A DNA stretch of 38,766 nt. Origin: an uncultured bacterium (GTDB lineage Bacteria > Oederibacteriota > JAAXVQ01 > JAUVAV01). Shown one piece after another: positions 38,726 through 38,766 of this stretch. Position 1 is the stretch's first letter. Each line of letters opens with the position of its first letter. The stretch covers positions 1 through 38,766 of the forward strand of contig CBDUZI010000016.1 in NCBI GenBank assembly GCA_965371665.1, written 5' to 3'. Below the pieces are notes generated by a model, which was given only the letters and a program-made list of their open reading frames with translations, did not search any database and was not told the DNA's origin. A program made the position numbers and the translations under genes.

Positions 38726-38766
38726 TCCCCCTCTCCCCGCAGAAATGTGGGGAGAGGGTTGGGGTG
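38726..38766. repeat. G/C-hairpin repeat at the window end
   Basis: tccccctctccccgcagaaatgtggggagaggg: 10-bp stem; related to the agaggggggg..cccccctct hairpin at 17580-17603. Confidence 0.6.

Overview
This 38.8 kb window is a gene-dense bacterial chromosomal segment of roughly 50% GC. Most genes are on the + strand and many adjacent pairs overlap by 4-8 nt, consistent with operons. I find about 45 protein genes, four tRNAs, no rRNA, no CRISPR array, and no integrase or transposase.

Recognisable content, in order:
- an SPFH/band-7 protein, a stand-alone CheY-like receiver, a small secreted protein with a type IX secretion (T9SS)/FlgD-Ig-like C-terminal domain, and rmlC;
- a three-gene [FeFe]-hydrogenase operon of the NuoE/NuoF-associated (putatively electron-bifurcating) type on the - strand, next to a class II aldolase gene;
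- three secreted or outer-membrane proteins (FadL/PorV-like barrel, a 577-aa barrel, an Ig-like-domain lipoprotein);
- a der-plsY-gpsA-IHF-MerR block ending in two tRNA-Pro genes;
- acylphosphatase, a sigma-70 family factor, apt, tRNA-Arg, a PHP phosphoesterase, a TPR protein, spmA/spmB, ldcA and tRNA-Ala;
- an amidohydrolase and an ilvD-ilvB-ilvN-ilvC-(membrane protein)-leuA-leuC-leuD operon;
- lexA, and a Spy/CpxP-like LTXXQ protein co-directional with an OmpR-type regulator and a sensor kinase.

The most unusual feature is non-coding. There are two families of small interspersed palindromic repeats, both confined to intergenic spacers. One is a modular family built on GTCATTCCCGAATG / CATTCGGGAATGAC hairpin modules, with at least seven copies including an inverted near-identical pair about 22 kb apart. 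The other consists of G5-7/C5-7 hairpins at five loci, including both window ends. Copies sit inside operons, next to tRNAs and between 3' tRNA-fragment duplications.

I see no hidden multi-gene defence or secretion system that I can support. The strongest candidates for new biology are the repeat families, the tRNA-Pro remnants and the outer-membrane gene trio.
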